Source: an uncultured Methylomirabilota bacterium
GTDB taxonomy: Bacteria; Methylomirabilota; Methylomirabilia; Methylomirabilales; 2-02-FULL-66-22
Assembly (NCBI GenBank): GCA_963705305.1
Contig: OY970067.1
Span: 4,576,001-4,640,000, forward strand
DNA length: 64,000 bases
Direction of reading: 5' to 3'
Shown here: positions 38,687 to 48,305 of the stretch, piece by piece
Position numbering within the stretch: position 1 is the first letter of the stretch
Layout: the number at the start of each line of letters is the position of its first letter
Made by a program: the position numbers and the translations under genes
The notes under the pieces: generated by a model
The model's database searches: none
What the model saw: the letters and a program-made list of their open reading frames with translations, nothing else
What the model was told of the DNA's origin: nothing

Positions 38687-38866
38687 CTGCAATTCCGGAC
38701 CCGAACCGCTGCAGACGAAAAACTGGGCAGTCAGACCTCCCGGCCGCCCAGCCGATGGGCAGGTCCTTCGTCGTCCCGCCTCTCCCAGCCAGACGAAAGA
38801 CCCGCAACGTTTTGTTTTCACTGATCTGGCAAGGCCAAGCATTTTGATCCATCTGATCCATATGGC

Positions 38867-38881
38867 TGGCACGGAAGCTGC
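38867..38881 (+). promoter_or_regulatory. Putative sigma54 (-24/-12) promoter of the NifA-like gene
   Basis: TGGCAC-GGAAG-CTGC. Confidence 0.6.
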
Positions 38882-38899
38882 TTTTTCCATCTTCGACAG

Positions 38900-40585
38900 T
38901 TGGCGAGCACAAGTTTTACATCCCAAACATCTGATTTTCTGGAGGTCGCTATCCGAGCGCCAACCCGGCAAAGCGAGAACCAGCCGATCGATCGCCGCCT
39001 CCTGGAGCTGACGACCCTCTACGAGATCAGTAAGATTCTCGGGTCGTCGCTGATCCTGGAGCAGAACCTGACCGGCATCCTGCGGATCCTCAGCTCGTTC
39101 ATGGGGATGCGTAAGGGCACTATCTTGCTGTACGACGCCCTGACGGGCGAGCTTGCCATTCGCCTGGCCCTGGGCATGACCCCCGAGGAGATGGCCCGTG
39201 GCAAGTATCAGAAAGGTGAGGGGATCCTCGGAAAGGTCATACAGCATGGCGTCCCCATGGTGATCCCCGACATCGGCAAGGAACCCCTGTTCCTCGACCG
39301 TACCCTTTCGCGGGGTGATCTGTCCGCCCAGCACATCGCCTTTATCGCTGTCCCGATCAAGGCGGCCGGCGAGACGATCGGCGTCCTCAGCGTGGACCGG
39401 CTCTTTGCCGAAGGCGTGTCCTTCGAGGAAGACGTGCGGGTCCTTACTATCGTCGCCTCGTTGATCGGGCAGACCGTCAACCTCCACCGGCACGTGGCGC
39501 AGGAGCGGGAGGGTCTGCTAGAGCAGACCCGCAGCCTGCAGCAGGCCCTGACAAGCCGCTACCGATTGGGGAATATCGTCGGGCAGAGCAAGCGGATGCG
39601 GGAAATCTACCAGGCGGTGGAGCAGGTGTCCCAGACGCGGGCCACCGTTCTCATCCGGGGGGAAAGCGGCACCGGGAAGGAGTTGATCGCCCGCGCCATC
39701 CACTTCAACTCGCCCCGCGCTGCCGGTGTTTTCGTGAGACTCAACTGCGCCGCCCTGCCCCAGAGCCTGCTGGAGAGCGAACTGTTCGGCCACGAGAAAG
39801 GGGCATTCACCGGGGCCATCGCGGCCAAAAAGGGACGCTTCGAGCTCGCCGATGGGGGGAGTTTGTTCCTGGACGAGATCGGGGACATGCCCATGCCCGT
39901 TCAGGTGAAGCTCCTGCGGGTCTTGCAGGAGCGCTGTTTCGAGCGTGTCGGCGGCACCCGAACCATCACGGTGGACGTGAGGATCATCGCGGCAACCCAC
40001 AAGGACCTGGAGTCCGCTATTGCCCGCAGCGAATTCCGCGAGGATCTCTACTACCGGCTGAACGTGGTCCCCATCCTGCTTCCTTCACTGCGCGAACGGA
40101 GGGAGGACATCCCGCTCTTAATCGAGCATTTCCTGGCCAAGTACAACCGAGAGAACAACCGGAAGGTGCGGATCACCGGCCGGGTCCTGCAGACCATGCT
40201 GAACTACGACTGGCCGGGAAACGTCCGCGAGCTGGAGAACTGCATCGAGCGGATGGTCATTATGACGCGCCGGCGATTGGTGCTTCCCGAGGATCTACCC
40301 CTCCCCGTCGAGGCGGCGTCCGACGGGCCGGAGGATGCGCCGCGACACCCGGCCCCGGCGCGCGGGCGCGCACCCGCCGGCGGAGCGGCGGCGGCCGGCT
40401 TCTCCAATCTCCGGGACCTAGAGCGCCAGCAGATCATCCAGGCCCTGGGCCGCGCGAACGGCGTGCAGGCTCGGGCCGCCGCCTTGCTCGGCATCACACC
40501 CCGCCAGCTCGGCTATCGGATGCGAAGGCACAACATTGTCCGGGCCTTCAGGACGGCAAACGAAGAGCTGTCCGTGGAGGCCTGA
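38900..40585 (+). CDS. NifA-like sigma54 enhancer-binding protein (GAF-AAA+-HTH)
   Basis: GAF ([24 protein letters not shown]), [34 protein letters not shown]-terminal HTH. Start uncertain. Confidence 0.9.
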   Translation: MASTSFTSQTSDFLEVAIRAPTRQSENQPIDRRLLELTTLYEISKILGSSLILEQNLTGILRILSSFMGMRKGTILLYDALTGELAIRLALGMTPEEMARGKYQKGEGILGKVIQHGVPMVIPDIGKEPLFLDRTLSRGDLSAQHIAFIAVPIKAAGETIGVLSVDRLFAEGVSFEEDVRVLTIVASLIGQTVNLHRHVAQEREGLLEQTRSLQQALTSRYRLGNIVGQSKRMREIYQAVEQVSQTRATVLIRGESGTGKELIARAIHFNSPRAAGVFVRLNCAALPQSLLESELFGHEKGAFTGAIAAKKGRFELADGGSLFLDEIGDMPMPVQVKLLRVLQERCFERVGGTRTITVDVRIIAATHKDLESAIARSEFREDLYYRLNVVPILLPSLRERREDIPLLIEHFLAKYNRENNRKVRITGRVLQTMLNYDWPGNVRELENCIERMVIMTRRRLVLPEDLPLPVEAASDGPEDAPRHPAPARGRAPAGGAAAAGFSNLRDLERQQIIQALGRANGVQARAAALLGITPRQLGYRMRRHNIVRAFRTANEELSVEA

Positions 40586-40713
40586 TCGCCGCCATCCTTC
40601 TGCGTTCCTGCCAGCCGCCCCCTGCCTCCCCGACATCCGGACGCATTCTTGCCGGTCCGCTGCTCACCGTCGGCCCCTCGGCCCCAGGGCAAAGCGCGCT
40701 GCCTGCGGGCACG

Positions 40714-41673
40714 TCAGGTTTTGGGTCTTTTGGCCTCCTCTGTTTCTTTTGGCGGTGAAAGACCGAAGGCCAGCCCGCGCAGCTTCCACAGCCAGGCTGC
40801 CAGTCTTGACGTGGGATGCTGGTGCGTAGCGCGATATGTCACCACCACCGCTTCTGGGTTGGCCAGGGCCTTCCGGAACTCCAGAGCGCTCGGGAATCGA
40901 TCACGGGGATTGCGCTCGAGCGCATGCAGGATGATCTCCTCAAGCTGGGGGGAGATGTCGCGCCGCAGGTGGCTCGGCGGAATCGGATTCTTCAGAATCT
41001 TCGCTTGCAGCACAGCGTACACGTTTCGGCCCGTAAAGGGAACCTTGCCGGTCAGCATCTCGTACAGGATGACCCCCAGGCTGTAGGTGTCTGTGCGCGC
41101 GCTCCCGCGCTGTCCCTTGATCTGCTCGGGTGCCATATAGTTGGGCGTGCCGACCGGCTGCGACAACCCCGACCAGGTCATCCTGCGCTGGGATGCGTCG
41201 AAGGCAATGCCGAAGTCCATAAGCTTTATTCTCCCCGGCGGCAGGATCATGAGGTTGTCGGGCTTGAGATCACGATGCACCACATTGCGATCGTGCAAAT
41301 AGACGAGGATGTCTGCAATCTGAATCGCGAAATCCAGCGCCCGCGCAACGGGGAGTCGGCGTTCGCGCTGCAGCCGGGTGCTCAGCGGCTCCCCCTCCAC
41401 ATACTCCATCACGAGATAGAGGCGGCTCCGCTCCTGCACACGATAGGTCTTGATGATCCCCGGGTGATCGAGCGAGAGCCCGATGTTCTCCTCACGGATG
41501 AACCGTTGATGGAAGACCATGTCCCCCGCGTACTGAAGGTACGGCACCTTCAACACAGCGGTGCGGTCCTGCTTGGTATCGCGGGCACGAAATACCGTGG
41601 CCATGCCGCTGCGGGCAATGATGTCGAGAAGCTGAAACTGGTCGAGCATCTGTCCGGGAGCAGGCTCAGCCAT
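40714..41673 (-). CDS. Hanks-type Ser/Thr protein kinase (soluble)
   Basis: ARSGMATVF, VLKVP, HRDLKPDN, DFG, GTPNYMAPEQ, DTYSLG. Confidence 0.93.
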   Translation of the reverse strand: MAEPAPGQMLDQFQLLDIIARSGMATVFRARDTKQDRTAVLKVPYLQYAGDMVFHQRFIREENIGLSLDHPGIIKTYRVQERSRLYLVMEYVEGEPLSTRLQRERRLPVARALDFAIQIADILVYLHDRNVVHRDLKPDNLMILPPGRIKLMDFGIAFDASQRRMTWSGLSQPVGTPNYMAPEQIKGQRGSARTDTYSLGVILYEMLTGKVPFTGRNVYAVLQAKILKNPIPPSHLRRDISPQLEEIILHALERNPRDRFPSALEFRKALANPEAVVVTYRATHQHPTSRLAAWLWKLRGLAFGLSPPKETEEAKRPKT

Positions 41674-41947
41674 CCCAGCCCTCAGTTGCCGAGAAGTTCT
41701 CCGGTATCCAACGCCCAGGCAACCATGGGTGCTGGCATGGAGGTTGGCCGAGCAGCCACCCCCGCCGTCTGGCGACGACGCCACGACTGCCGCCCCCGGG
41801 TGGCGTGGACCGGCTGGGCTGCCCCCCAGGTCGTCCACAACGCGTCGCGGGTGCGGAGATCACGGACCACCCTCGGGTCGGCGCCCCGCCCGCAAACCTA
41901 ATCGAAAGCAGGAAGCTTGTCAATCGATGGACAGGCCGGCGACAGGC

Positions 41948-42793
41948 TCAATGCCAGAATCTCCACCAAGACGCCGGCGGGGGGGAGGCAGAACAGGAGA
42001 TGACCGCAGCCACCTGCAGGCTCATATTGTCCGGACCTCCGGCGTCCTGAGAGCGCTGGACAGCGGCCTTGCAGGCGGCTTCCGGGCGATTCTCGCGGAG
42101 CAGCGTGATCAGCTCGGCCTCTGATAGCACGTCATGAATGCCATCGCTGCATTGGAGCAGCACGTCTCCCGGCCGGATGTCCATCTTGAGGGTGTCGATG
42201 GAGGTAATCAGGTCGTGACCCAGGTAGTTGGTGAGCTTGTGCCGATCGGGATGCATCCGTGCTTCCTCTGGCGAAAGGATGCCGTATTCCATCTGCTCCT
42301 GCACCGAGGTGTGGTCTTTTGTGAGCTGGGAGAGCGCGCCATCGCGGAACAGGTAGAGCCGGCAATCTCCAATATGCGCTGCGACCAGTGTGCGGCCTAG
42401 CACCAGGCTGGCGGTGAGCGTCGTCCCCATGCGGTACAGCTCGGGGACCGTGATGCTCTTCTGGTAGATCTCCAGGTTCGCCTGCTGCACTGCACGCTTG
42501 AGGTTCCGCACCGGAGGCCCTGCGTCCACGGCGGCGGCCATCTCCCGGGCCAGTGCCTCGAGTGCGAGCGCGCTGGCGACCTCTCCGCTGCTGTGCCCGC
42601 CAAGGCCGTCGGCCACGGCAAAGAGGAACCCCTCCCCGTGCGGCCAGAACCCCAGGGCATCCTCATTCCCGTCACGCACGGAGCCGACATCTGTCAGCTG
42701 GAAGAACTCAATCTCAATGCTGCTGGTTTTGAGGTCCATCAGCGTGTGCACATGAGGATCCTGCATGGCCGGAGGTCGATAACCCGGACTCAT
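41948..42793 (-). CDS. PP2C/PPM-family Ser/Thr phosphatase
   Basis: DVGSVRDGNED, VADGLGGH, MGTT, HIGDCRLY, CSDG, GGPDN; overlaps the permease stop (ATGA). Confidence 0.93.
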   Translation of the reverse strand: MSPGYRPPAMQDPHVHTLMDLKTSSIEIEFFQLTDVGSVRDGNEDALGFWPHGEGFLFAVADGLGGHSSGEVASALALEALAREMAAAVDAGPPVRNLKRAVQQANLEIYQKSITVPELYRMGTTLTASLVLGRTLVAAHIGDCRLYLFRDGALSQLTKDHTSVQEQMEYGILSPEEARMHPDRHKLTNYLGHDLITSIDTLKMDIRPGDVLLQCSDGIHDVLSEAELITLLRENRPEAACKAAVQRSQDAGGPDNMSLQVAAVISCSASPPPASWWRFWH

Positions 42794-44370
42794 GAGCGCG
42801 ACACTTCACCTTCGGCTGTCTGGGGAGCGGCAATGATCCCGCGGCCCGAGCGCCTGCTCTTCACGATCACGTAGACTGCGCTCACCAGGGCCCATGCTCC
42901 TGAGATCGCGAAGCAGATATACGCCTCGCTCTTCGAGTCGCTGTTGCCGATGATATACAGATACACGATTGCGACGAGCATGGCCAGGTTCGCGAGGAGG
43001 CCGAGGATCGGAACGACCCCATGCTTCAGGGACCTGAATTCCCGCCGGTGCGAAAACGCAACGACCGTCCACAAGCAGGTGAGCCCGTAGAGCACGAATG
43101 TTCCGAGGTTCGATGCCAGCGTGATGCCGGTGAGTCCCACCACCGATTGCACGCCCACGGCCGCAATCGCGCACGACACGGCCACAAGCACCCAGACCGC
43201 CCTGTGTGGGGTGGCGAACTGGCCGTGGAGGAGGTTCAGGATCTCCGGCATTTCCTCATCCTGCGCCATGGCGTAGGTGACGCGGACCGCGGTGTTCATG
43301 CAACTCAGGGTGGTCCCGAGGATCGCCAGGGCAACGGTCACGGCGATGGAGATCATCAGGCCAAAGCCGATGCCTCCGAGTACGCTGTTGCCGATGAGGA
43401 TGGACAGATCGCCCATGGGGGCGCTTGATGCACCAGCAGCGGCCATACCCGCCACCGTTGATGTGGTCCCGTTATTGGTGACCGTGGCGACCAGCTTTTC
43501 GTTCACCATATAGCTGGCCGCGAAGTACTCAAAAAGGTAGGCGAACAGCCCTTGAATCACCAGCGAGATGATCACCGCGCGGGGAATGTCCCGCTTCGGG
43601 TTCTTCGCTTCGGCCGCGAAGGCAGTGCAGCTCTCAAATCCGACCAGAATGAGGATGGCCAGCGTTGACTGGATGAGCACTCCCTGGAGGGAGTGGGGGC
43701 GGATCACATCCCAGCCGCCGCTGAAGGCCCATTGGGTGGCACCCTGAGGGTTCATCATCCGGTAGGCGATCGCGGCGGCGCTGAAGCCGATGAGCGTGAT
43801 GAGCTGGATGACGTTGATCAGAAAGGCGGTCACTGTAGACCCGGAGATGCCACGGTAGGCGATATACCCAGTCACGACGGCGAACACCACCGCAATGATG
43901 GTGAGCGCCGTGTTCGAGAGGGTACTTCCCGTAAACTGCGTATACATGTACCCGATCAGCGTGGCCATCATGGCCACCATGACCCCAGGGTACACCCAGT
44001 AGAAGAGATGGGCTGCCCAGCCGGTGACGATCTTAGCCAGACGCGCCCACTTGTGATGCCCCCGCTCTTCCTTGTCAAGGAATGCCCGCTCGGCAAAGTA
44101 ATAGCAGCTGCCGAACCCAGCTTCGGGATAGAGGCGGGCAAGTTCTGCGTAGGAGATGGCCGTGAGAAAGGCGAGCACCAGGGCAAAAACGATCCCCGGC
44201 CAGATGTCGCTGGCGACCGAGCTCCCATCCGGAGCGGTGGCTGCAGCCTGCAGTTGGTAGGTAATCCAGAGGAACGCCCCCGGTGCGATCAGCGCCATGG
44301 CATTGACGGTGACACCGGTGAGGCCGAGTGTCCGTGTTACTGGGGACGGGGTATTGGGGCTCTCGTTCAT
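42790..44370 (-). CDS. APC-superfamily amino acid/amine permease
   Basis: About 12 TM segments, NAMALIAPGAF, YAELARLYPEAG, LVGFESCTAFAAEAKNPKRDIPRA, RVTYAMA, TPHRA. Confidence 0.9.
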   Translation of the reverse strand: MNESPNTPSPVTRTLGLTGVTVNAMALIAPGAFLWITYQLQAAATAPDGSSVASDIWPGIVFALVLAFLTAISYAELARLYPEAGFGSCYYFAERAFLDKEERGHHKWARLAKIVTGWAAHLFYWVYPGVMVAMMATLIGYMYTQFTGSTLSNTALTIIAVVFAVVTGYIAYRGISGSTVTAFLINVIQLITLIGFSAAAIAYRMMNPQGATQWAFSGGWDVIRPHSLQGVLIQSTLAILILVGFESCTAFAAEAKNPKRDIPRAVIISLVIQGLFAYLFEYFAASYMVNEKLVATVTNNGTTSTVAGMAAAGASSAPMGDLSILIGNSVLGGIGFGLMISIAVTVALAILGTTLSCMNTAVRVTYAMAQDEEMPEILNLLHGQFATPHRAVWVLVAVSCAIAAVGVQSVVGLTGITLASNLGTFVLYGLTCLWTVVAFSHRREFRSLKHGVVPILGLLANLAMLVAIVYLYIIGNSDSKSEAYICFAISGAWALVSAVYVIVKSRRSGRGIIAAPQTAEGEVSRS

Positions 44371-44455
44371 TCTTGCCTCCCTCCATGTCAGAGCAGCACG
44401 CGCACTCTCAACACCCGCATCGTTGCCTACTCTCTCCGTCACTGACTTACAGGAG

Positions 44456-44470
44456 GCAAGGCGGGTGCCA
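44456..44470 (-). promoter_or_regulatory. Sigma54 promoter of the APC permease-PP2C-kinase operon
   Basis: Minus strand TGGCAC-CCGCC-TTGC (full consensus), about 85 nt upstream of the ATG. Confidence 0.8.
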
Positions 44471-44937
44471 CAGGCAGAGCTTGCCCGCCGAACCGGATGG
44501 AACGTCGTATAACTAAAGGGCGGAGTGCGGTTCCATTGCTCCCAAAGTGAAGGGGGCATCGACACCGCAACAAGGTGCGGATACAACAAGAATGTTGTTC
44601 CATACGTTTTTGTAGCGAGGCCGGAAAACGCGCTTCGCCAAAGGCCAGATCCGCATTCTGCCATCCTTGGATTGGGTGGGGGCGCCCCCCGGGACTATGG
44701 AGGCTCGTCCCCGGCCAGCCTCGGCGCTGGCTGCCGCGCCGATTCAACCGTTGCGCTTCGCCGGCGCCTCTGTCCACTGTCTCGCGTTTCAAGGTCGAAA
44801 GCGGCGTTTTTGTCTTCTCTAAACAGATTTGTGCGGATTACGCAGAATGCCCTGGACAAACTCCTCGAACCGATGGCAACCGGAATCAGCTATCGAATCA
44901 ACAGGTTGAGAGGATCACAGGGTAGACCGGTACACCT

Positions 44938-44952
44938 GGGCACGCTGCTTGC
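44938..44952 (+). promoter_or_regulatory. Sigma54 promoter of the PII-like gene
   Basis: GGGCAC-GCTGC-TTGC about 95 nt upstream of the ATG at 45048. Confidence 0.7.
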
Positions 44953-45047
44953 CCCCCGGACAAGAAGCATTCGGGAGGAAATTATCGCGGAGGCAGCGCG
45001 TGAGGGCTGCCCACGAGCGGTGAGTCGCAGGCAGCACGGAGGCGGCC

Positions 45048-45386
45048 ATGAAGAAGGTGGACATCATTATTCGCCCCCATAAGCTGGAAGAGGTACGGGG
45101 CGCTCTCACGGCGGTCGGTATTCGGGGCGTGACCGTGACGGATGTCAAGGGTTTCAGCCGCCAGGGGGGAACGACAGGTTCTTCTTGCGGCGACGAAGGT
45201 GGCCCCACCTTCAACCTCAAGGTTCGCCTGGAGGTCCTGATCCCCGACGCGATGCTGGAGCGGATCATGCAATCGGCGGGCGAGGCGGCCCGAACCGGTC
45301 GGCTCGGCGACGGGAAGATTCTGGTGACCGATGTACTCAACGTCGTGCGGATCCGCACCGGTGAAACAGGGGACGCCGCCATTTGA
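45048..45386 (+). CDS. P-II family nitrogen signalling protein with atypical T-loop
   Basis: 112 aa; IIRPHKLEEV, VKGFSRQ, TGRLGDGKI, RIRTGE; Tyr51 replaced by Gly. Confidence 0.9.
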   Translation: MKKVDIIIRPHKLEEVRGALTAVGIRGVTVTDVKGFSRQGGTTGSSCGDEGGPTFNLKVRLEVLIPDAMLERIMQSAGEAARTGRLGDGKILVTDVLNVVRIRTGETGDAAI

Positions 45387-45643
45387 AACCTGGCGCACGG
45401 GCGGGGTACTGGCGCCAGCCGGCCCTCTCACGGACTCCAAAATGAAGGGGGGCAGGAAGGCGGCGGCGCCCTCTGGATAGCCGAACAACTCGCCGATCTC
45501 TCCGGGCGGCGGATCGGCGGGGCCACACAGTGAACCCGGAAGTGGATCCAGGCGGACGATGCCGTCTATCCTCCGGATACAGGCCCCTGCGATCAGCAGG
45601 CGCCTTCCTAGGCGTAGCATTGATGCAGACAAAGGGAGAAGAC

Positions 45644-46600
45644 ATGGTGAAAAGACGATTGGCACCGGGTGTTCTGCTGGGTCTGGCATTGGCAGTTCTG
45701 CTGACCGTACCGGCATGGGCCGAAGAGCCGAGCGGGCCGAACACCGGCGCGCTGTCGCTGACCGTCAATCTCAACTTTCCGACCTCCTACTACTTTCGCG
45801 GCATCGCCCAGAACAACGCCGGGTTTCAGTTCGAGCCGTACGTGGAACTCAAGGCCAACGTCTATCAAGGCAACGACAAAGACGTGATAAGCGGTGGCTA
45901 CTTCAAGGTCGCCGGATTTTCACACTTCCAGTCCACGGCGGCACCGATGAATACGAACTACTACGAGCAGGATGTCTACCTCTCCGGCGGGCTGGTCTTG
46001 CTGAAGCGCGCCACTCTCGAATCCGGCTGGAATCTTTATACCTATCCCGGCATCGGGTCATCCGCCCAGGTCCAGGAAGTCTACGGCAAGGTGAGCTTCG
46101 ACGACGGCGGTCTGTGGCCGTTCACGCTGCCGGGCAAGCAGGACTTTTCACTCTCGCCCTACGTGCTGGTGGCCGGAGAGACGTCGGGCGGAGCGGACGG
46201 CGCCGCCCCCTTTGGCGGCCACAGGGGTACCTACATGGAGTTCGGGACCGATCCTGGCTACTCCGTAGATTTCAACAAGGATTGGTCCGCCCGTTTCCAC
46301 CTGCCCTTCGTCCTCGGCCTCAATCTCCACGACTACTACGAGGTCGCCACGACCACGGGCCTGGAGGACAAGACCTTCGGTTATGCCGATCTGGCGCTGG
46401 CGGTCGATATTCCATTGAAATTCATGCCTGCGCGCTACGGCAAGTGGACCTTCACCACCGGACTGCATGGATTGTGGTTGGGCCCCACCGCCAAGCTGTT
46501 GGACGGTCCACCCTCCAATAACGCCCTGAACGCTGTGAACGTTACCGGCGGCAATGGCTTCCAGGTGTGGGGGCTCACAGGGGTCACAATCGAATACTGA
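45644..46600 (+). CDS. Putative outer-membrane beta-barrel (TIGR02001/Gcw_chp-like)
   Basis: Signal peptide (AWA-EE), TSYYFRGIAQ, YYEQD, YTYP, C-terminal GVTIEY; downstream of PII. Confidence 0.65.
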   Translation: MVKRRLAPGVLLGLALAVLLTVPAWAEEPSGPNTGALSLTVNLNFPTSYYFRGIAQNNAGFQFEPYVELKANVYQGNDKDVISGGYFKVAGFSHFQSTAAPMNTNYYEQDVYLSGGLVLLKRATLESGWNLYTYPGIGSSAQVQEVYGKVSFDDGGLWPFTLPGKQDFSLSPYVLVAGETSGGADGAAPFGGHRGTYMEFGTDPGYSVDFNKDWSARFHLPFVLGLNLHDYYEVATTTGLEDKTFGYADLALAVDIPLKFMPARYGKWTFTTGLHGLWLGPTAKLLDGPPSNNALNAVNVTGGNGFQVWGLTGVTIEY

Positions 46601-46841
46601 GGCGGGAAGGAAGGCGGGACAGACTCCCGGGGGCGGCTCGGCCGGTGGGCCGCCGTTCTCTTTGGCAGGCGATCACCTCGTGTCCCAGTCGTCGAACGTC
46701 TCACAGGTACCTCCTGCCCCGGCAGTCCTTCCCGGAGACCGCTCAGGATGGCCGCCGGATATCGAGCGTGCTGCACCAATAATTTGCATCATCCATCGGG
46801 GCCACCGGGAGCCCCGCGGCGCCCGAACGCGGGCTCCCGGA

Positions 46842-48305
46842 TCACTCCCCGACGGCATCCTCCTTCCCGCCCGATCGAGTCGGGAGCGCAATCCGGAGCT
46901 CTCTGATTCGCTTGCGCAGCGTGTTCCGATTGATCCCCAGGAGCTCGGCGGCCTTGACCTGGTTCCCTCCCGTGCGGCGCAAGATCAGCTCGATCAGCGG
47001 GCGCTCGACGCAATCCGCGATGTGCTGGTGAAGGCGCCCATCCCGGATGTCCTGGAGCCGCGACAGCTCGGCCCGCAGCCAGTCCACGGGAAAGCTGGCG
47101 GCGCTCGGGGTCGCCTCGGAAGGCGCAGGTCCGGGACGGGCTGCGTCCGGCAGATGCTCCGGCAGGATCAGCTGCGTCGGGGCCAGGGCCGCCGCCCGCT
47201 TCGCCACATTTTCCAGCTCCCGGACGTTTCCAGGCCAGGCGTAGGCCAGGAGCAGCTGCGCGGCCTCGTCGGAAAAGACCTTAGGCTCGGCGCCTTGCTC
47301 GCGGGCAAATACCGCCAGAAAATGATTGGACAGGGCCGGGATATCCTCCCGCCGGTCGCGCAGGGGGGGAAGGTGAATGGTGACCACATTCAGCCGGTAG
47401 AAAAGATCCTCCCGAAAGGTCCGGCGCGCGACGGCGGCTTCCAGGTCCTGGTTCGTGGCCGCAACGATCCGCACGTCCACAGGGGTGGACCCCTCGCTCC
47501 CCAGTCGCTCGATGCGCCGCTCCTGCAGCACTCGCAGCAGCTTGGTCTGGAGGCTCAGGTCCATGTCCCCGATCTCGTCCAGGAATACGGTCCCCCCCTC
47601 CGCCTGCTCGAATCGACCTCGTCTCGCCATGACCGCCCCGGTGAAGGCCCCCTTCTCGTGGCCGAACAGCTCGCTCTCCAGAAGCTCGCGGGGGATGGCG
47701 GCGCAGTTGACCGGGACGAAGGGCCGGCCCTTCCGGCGGCTATTCTCGTGGATCGCGCGGGCGATCAGTTCTTTGCCCGTGCCGCTCTCCCCGCGGAGCA
47801 GCACCGTGAGGTCGGTCCCGGCCACTTTTCCGACCGCCTTGAAGATCTGCTGCATGGCGGGGCTGCCCCCCACGATGCCTCCCAGATCAAACGGCTCTTC
47901 CACACCCTGCCGGAGGCGCGTGACCTCCCGCGCCAAGGCCTGGGCCTCCAGGGCCTTCTCGACTACCAGCAGAACCTCATCCATGTCGAAGGGCTTCCCG
48001 ATGTAGTCGTAGGCCCCCTGCTTCATCGCTTCGACTGCCACCTGGAGCGTCCCGTAGGCTGTCATCATGATGACCGGAAGCTCCGCCCGGCGCTTGCGGA
48101 TCTCGCGAAGCACGCCCAGCCCATCCCGGCCGGGAAGGCGTACGTCCAACAGGACGAGGTCCACCTCGGGATGCTCCGCCGCACGGAGGCCGCCCGGTCC
48201 GTCCGCAGCCAGGTCCACCCGGTGGCCTGCCCGCTCCAGTGCTTTGCTGAGGGCCCAGCGAACGCCCTCCTCGTCGTCCACCACCAGAATCCGCTTGCCC
48301 GTCAT
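46842..48305 (-). CDS. ntrC: NtrC-type sigma54 response regulator
   Basis: REC (VVDD, LLDVRLP, KPF), [14 protein letters not shown], Fis HTH GGNQVKAAELLGINRNTLRKRI. Confidence 0.85.
   Translation of the reverse strand: MTGKRILVVDDEEGVRWALSKALERAGHRVDLAADGPGGLRAAEHPEVDLVLLDVRLPGRDGLGVLREIRKRRAELPVIMMTAYGTLQVAVEAMKQGAYDYIGKPFDMDEVLLVVEKALEAQALAREVTRLRQGVEEPFDLGGIVGGSPAMQQIFKAVGKVAGTDLTVLLRGESGTGKELIARAIHENSRRKGRPFVPVNCAAIPRELLESELFGHEKGAFTGAVMARRGRFEQAEGGTVFLDEIGDMDLSLQTKLLRVLQERRIERLGSEGSTPVDVRIVAATNQDLEAAVARRTFREDLFYRLNVVTIHLPPLRDRREDIPALSNHFLAVFAREQGAEPKVFSDEAAQLLLAYAWPGNVRELENVAKRAAALAPTQLILPEHLPDAARPGPAPSEATPSAASFPVDWLRAELSRLQDIRDGRLHQHIADCVERPLIELILRRTGGNQVKAAELLGINRNTLRKRIRELRIALPTRSGGKEDAVGE

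Noticed and set aside
38821..38845. Second sigma54 promoter TGGCAAGGCCAAGC
   Set aside because: GG-to-GC spacing is one base short of the strict -24/-12 requirement.
38900..40585. Evidence of nitrogen fixation
   Set aside because: Only a NifA-like regulator is present; no nif structural genes. The closest upstream-activator-like site noticed (about 44811) is TGT-N9-ACA rather than N10.
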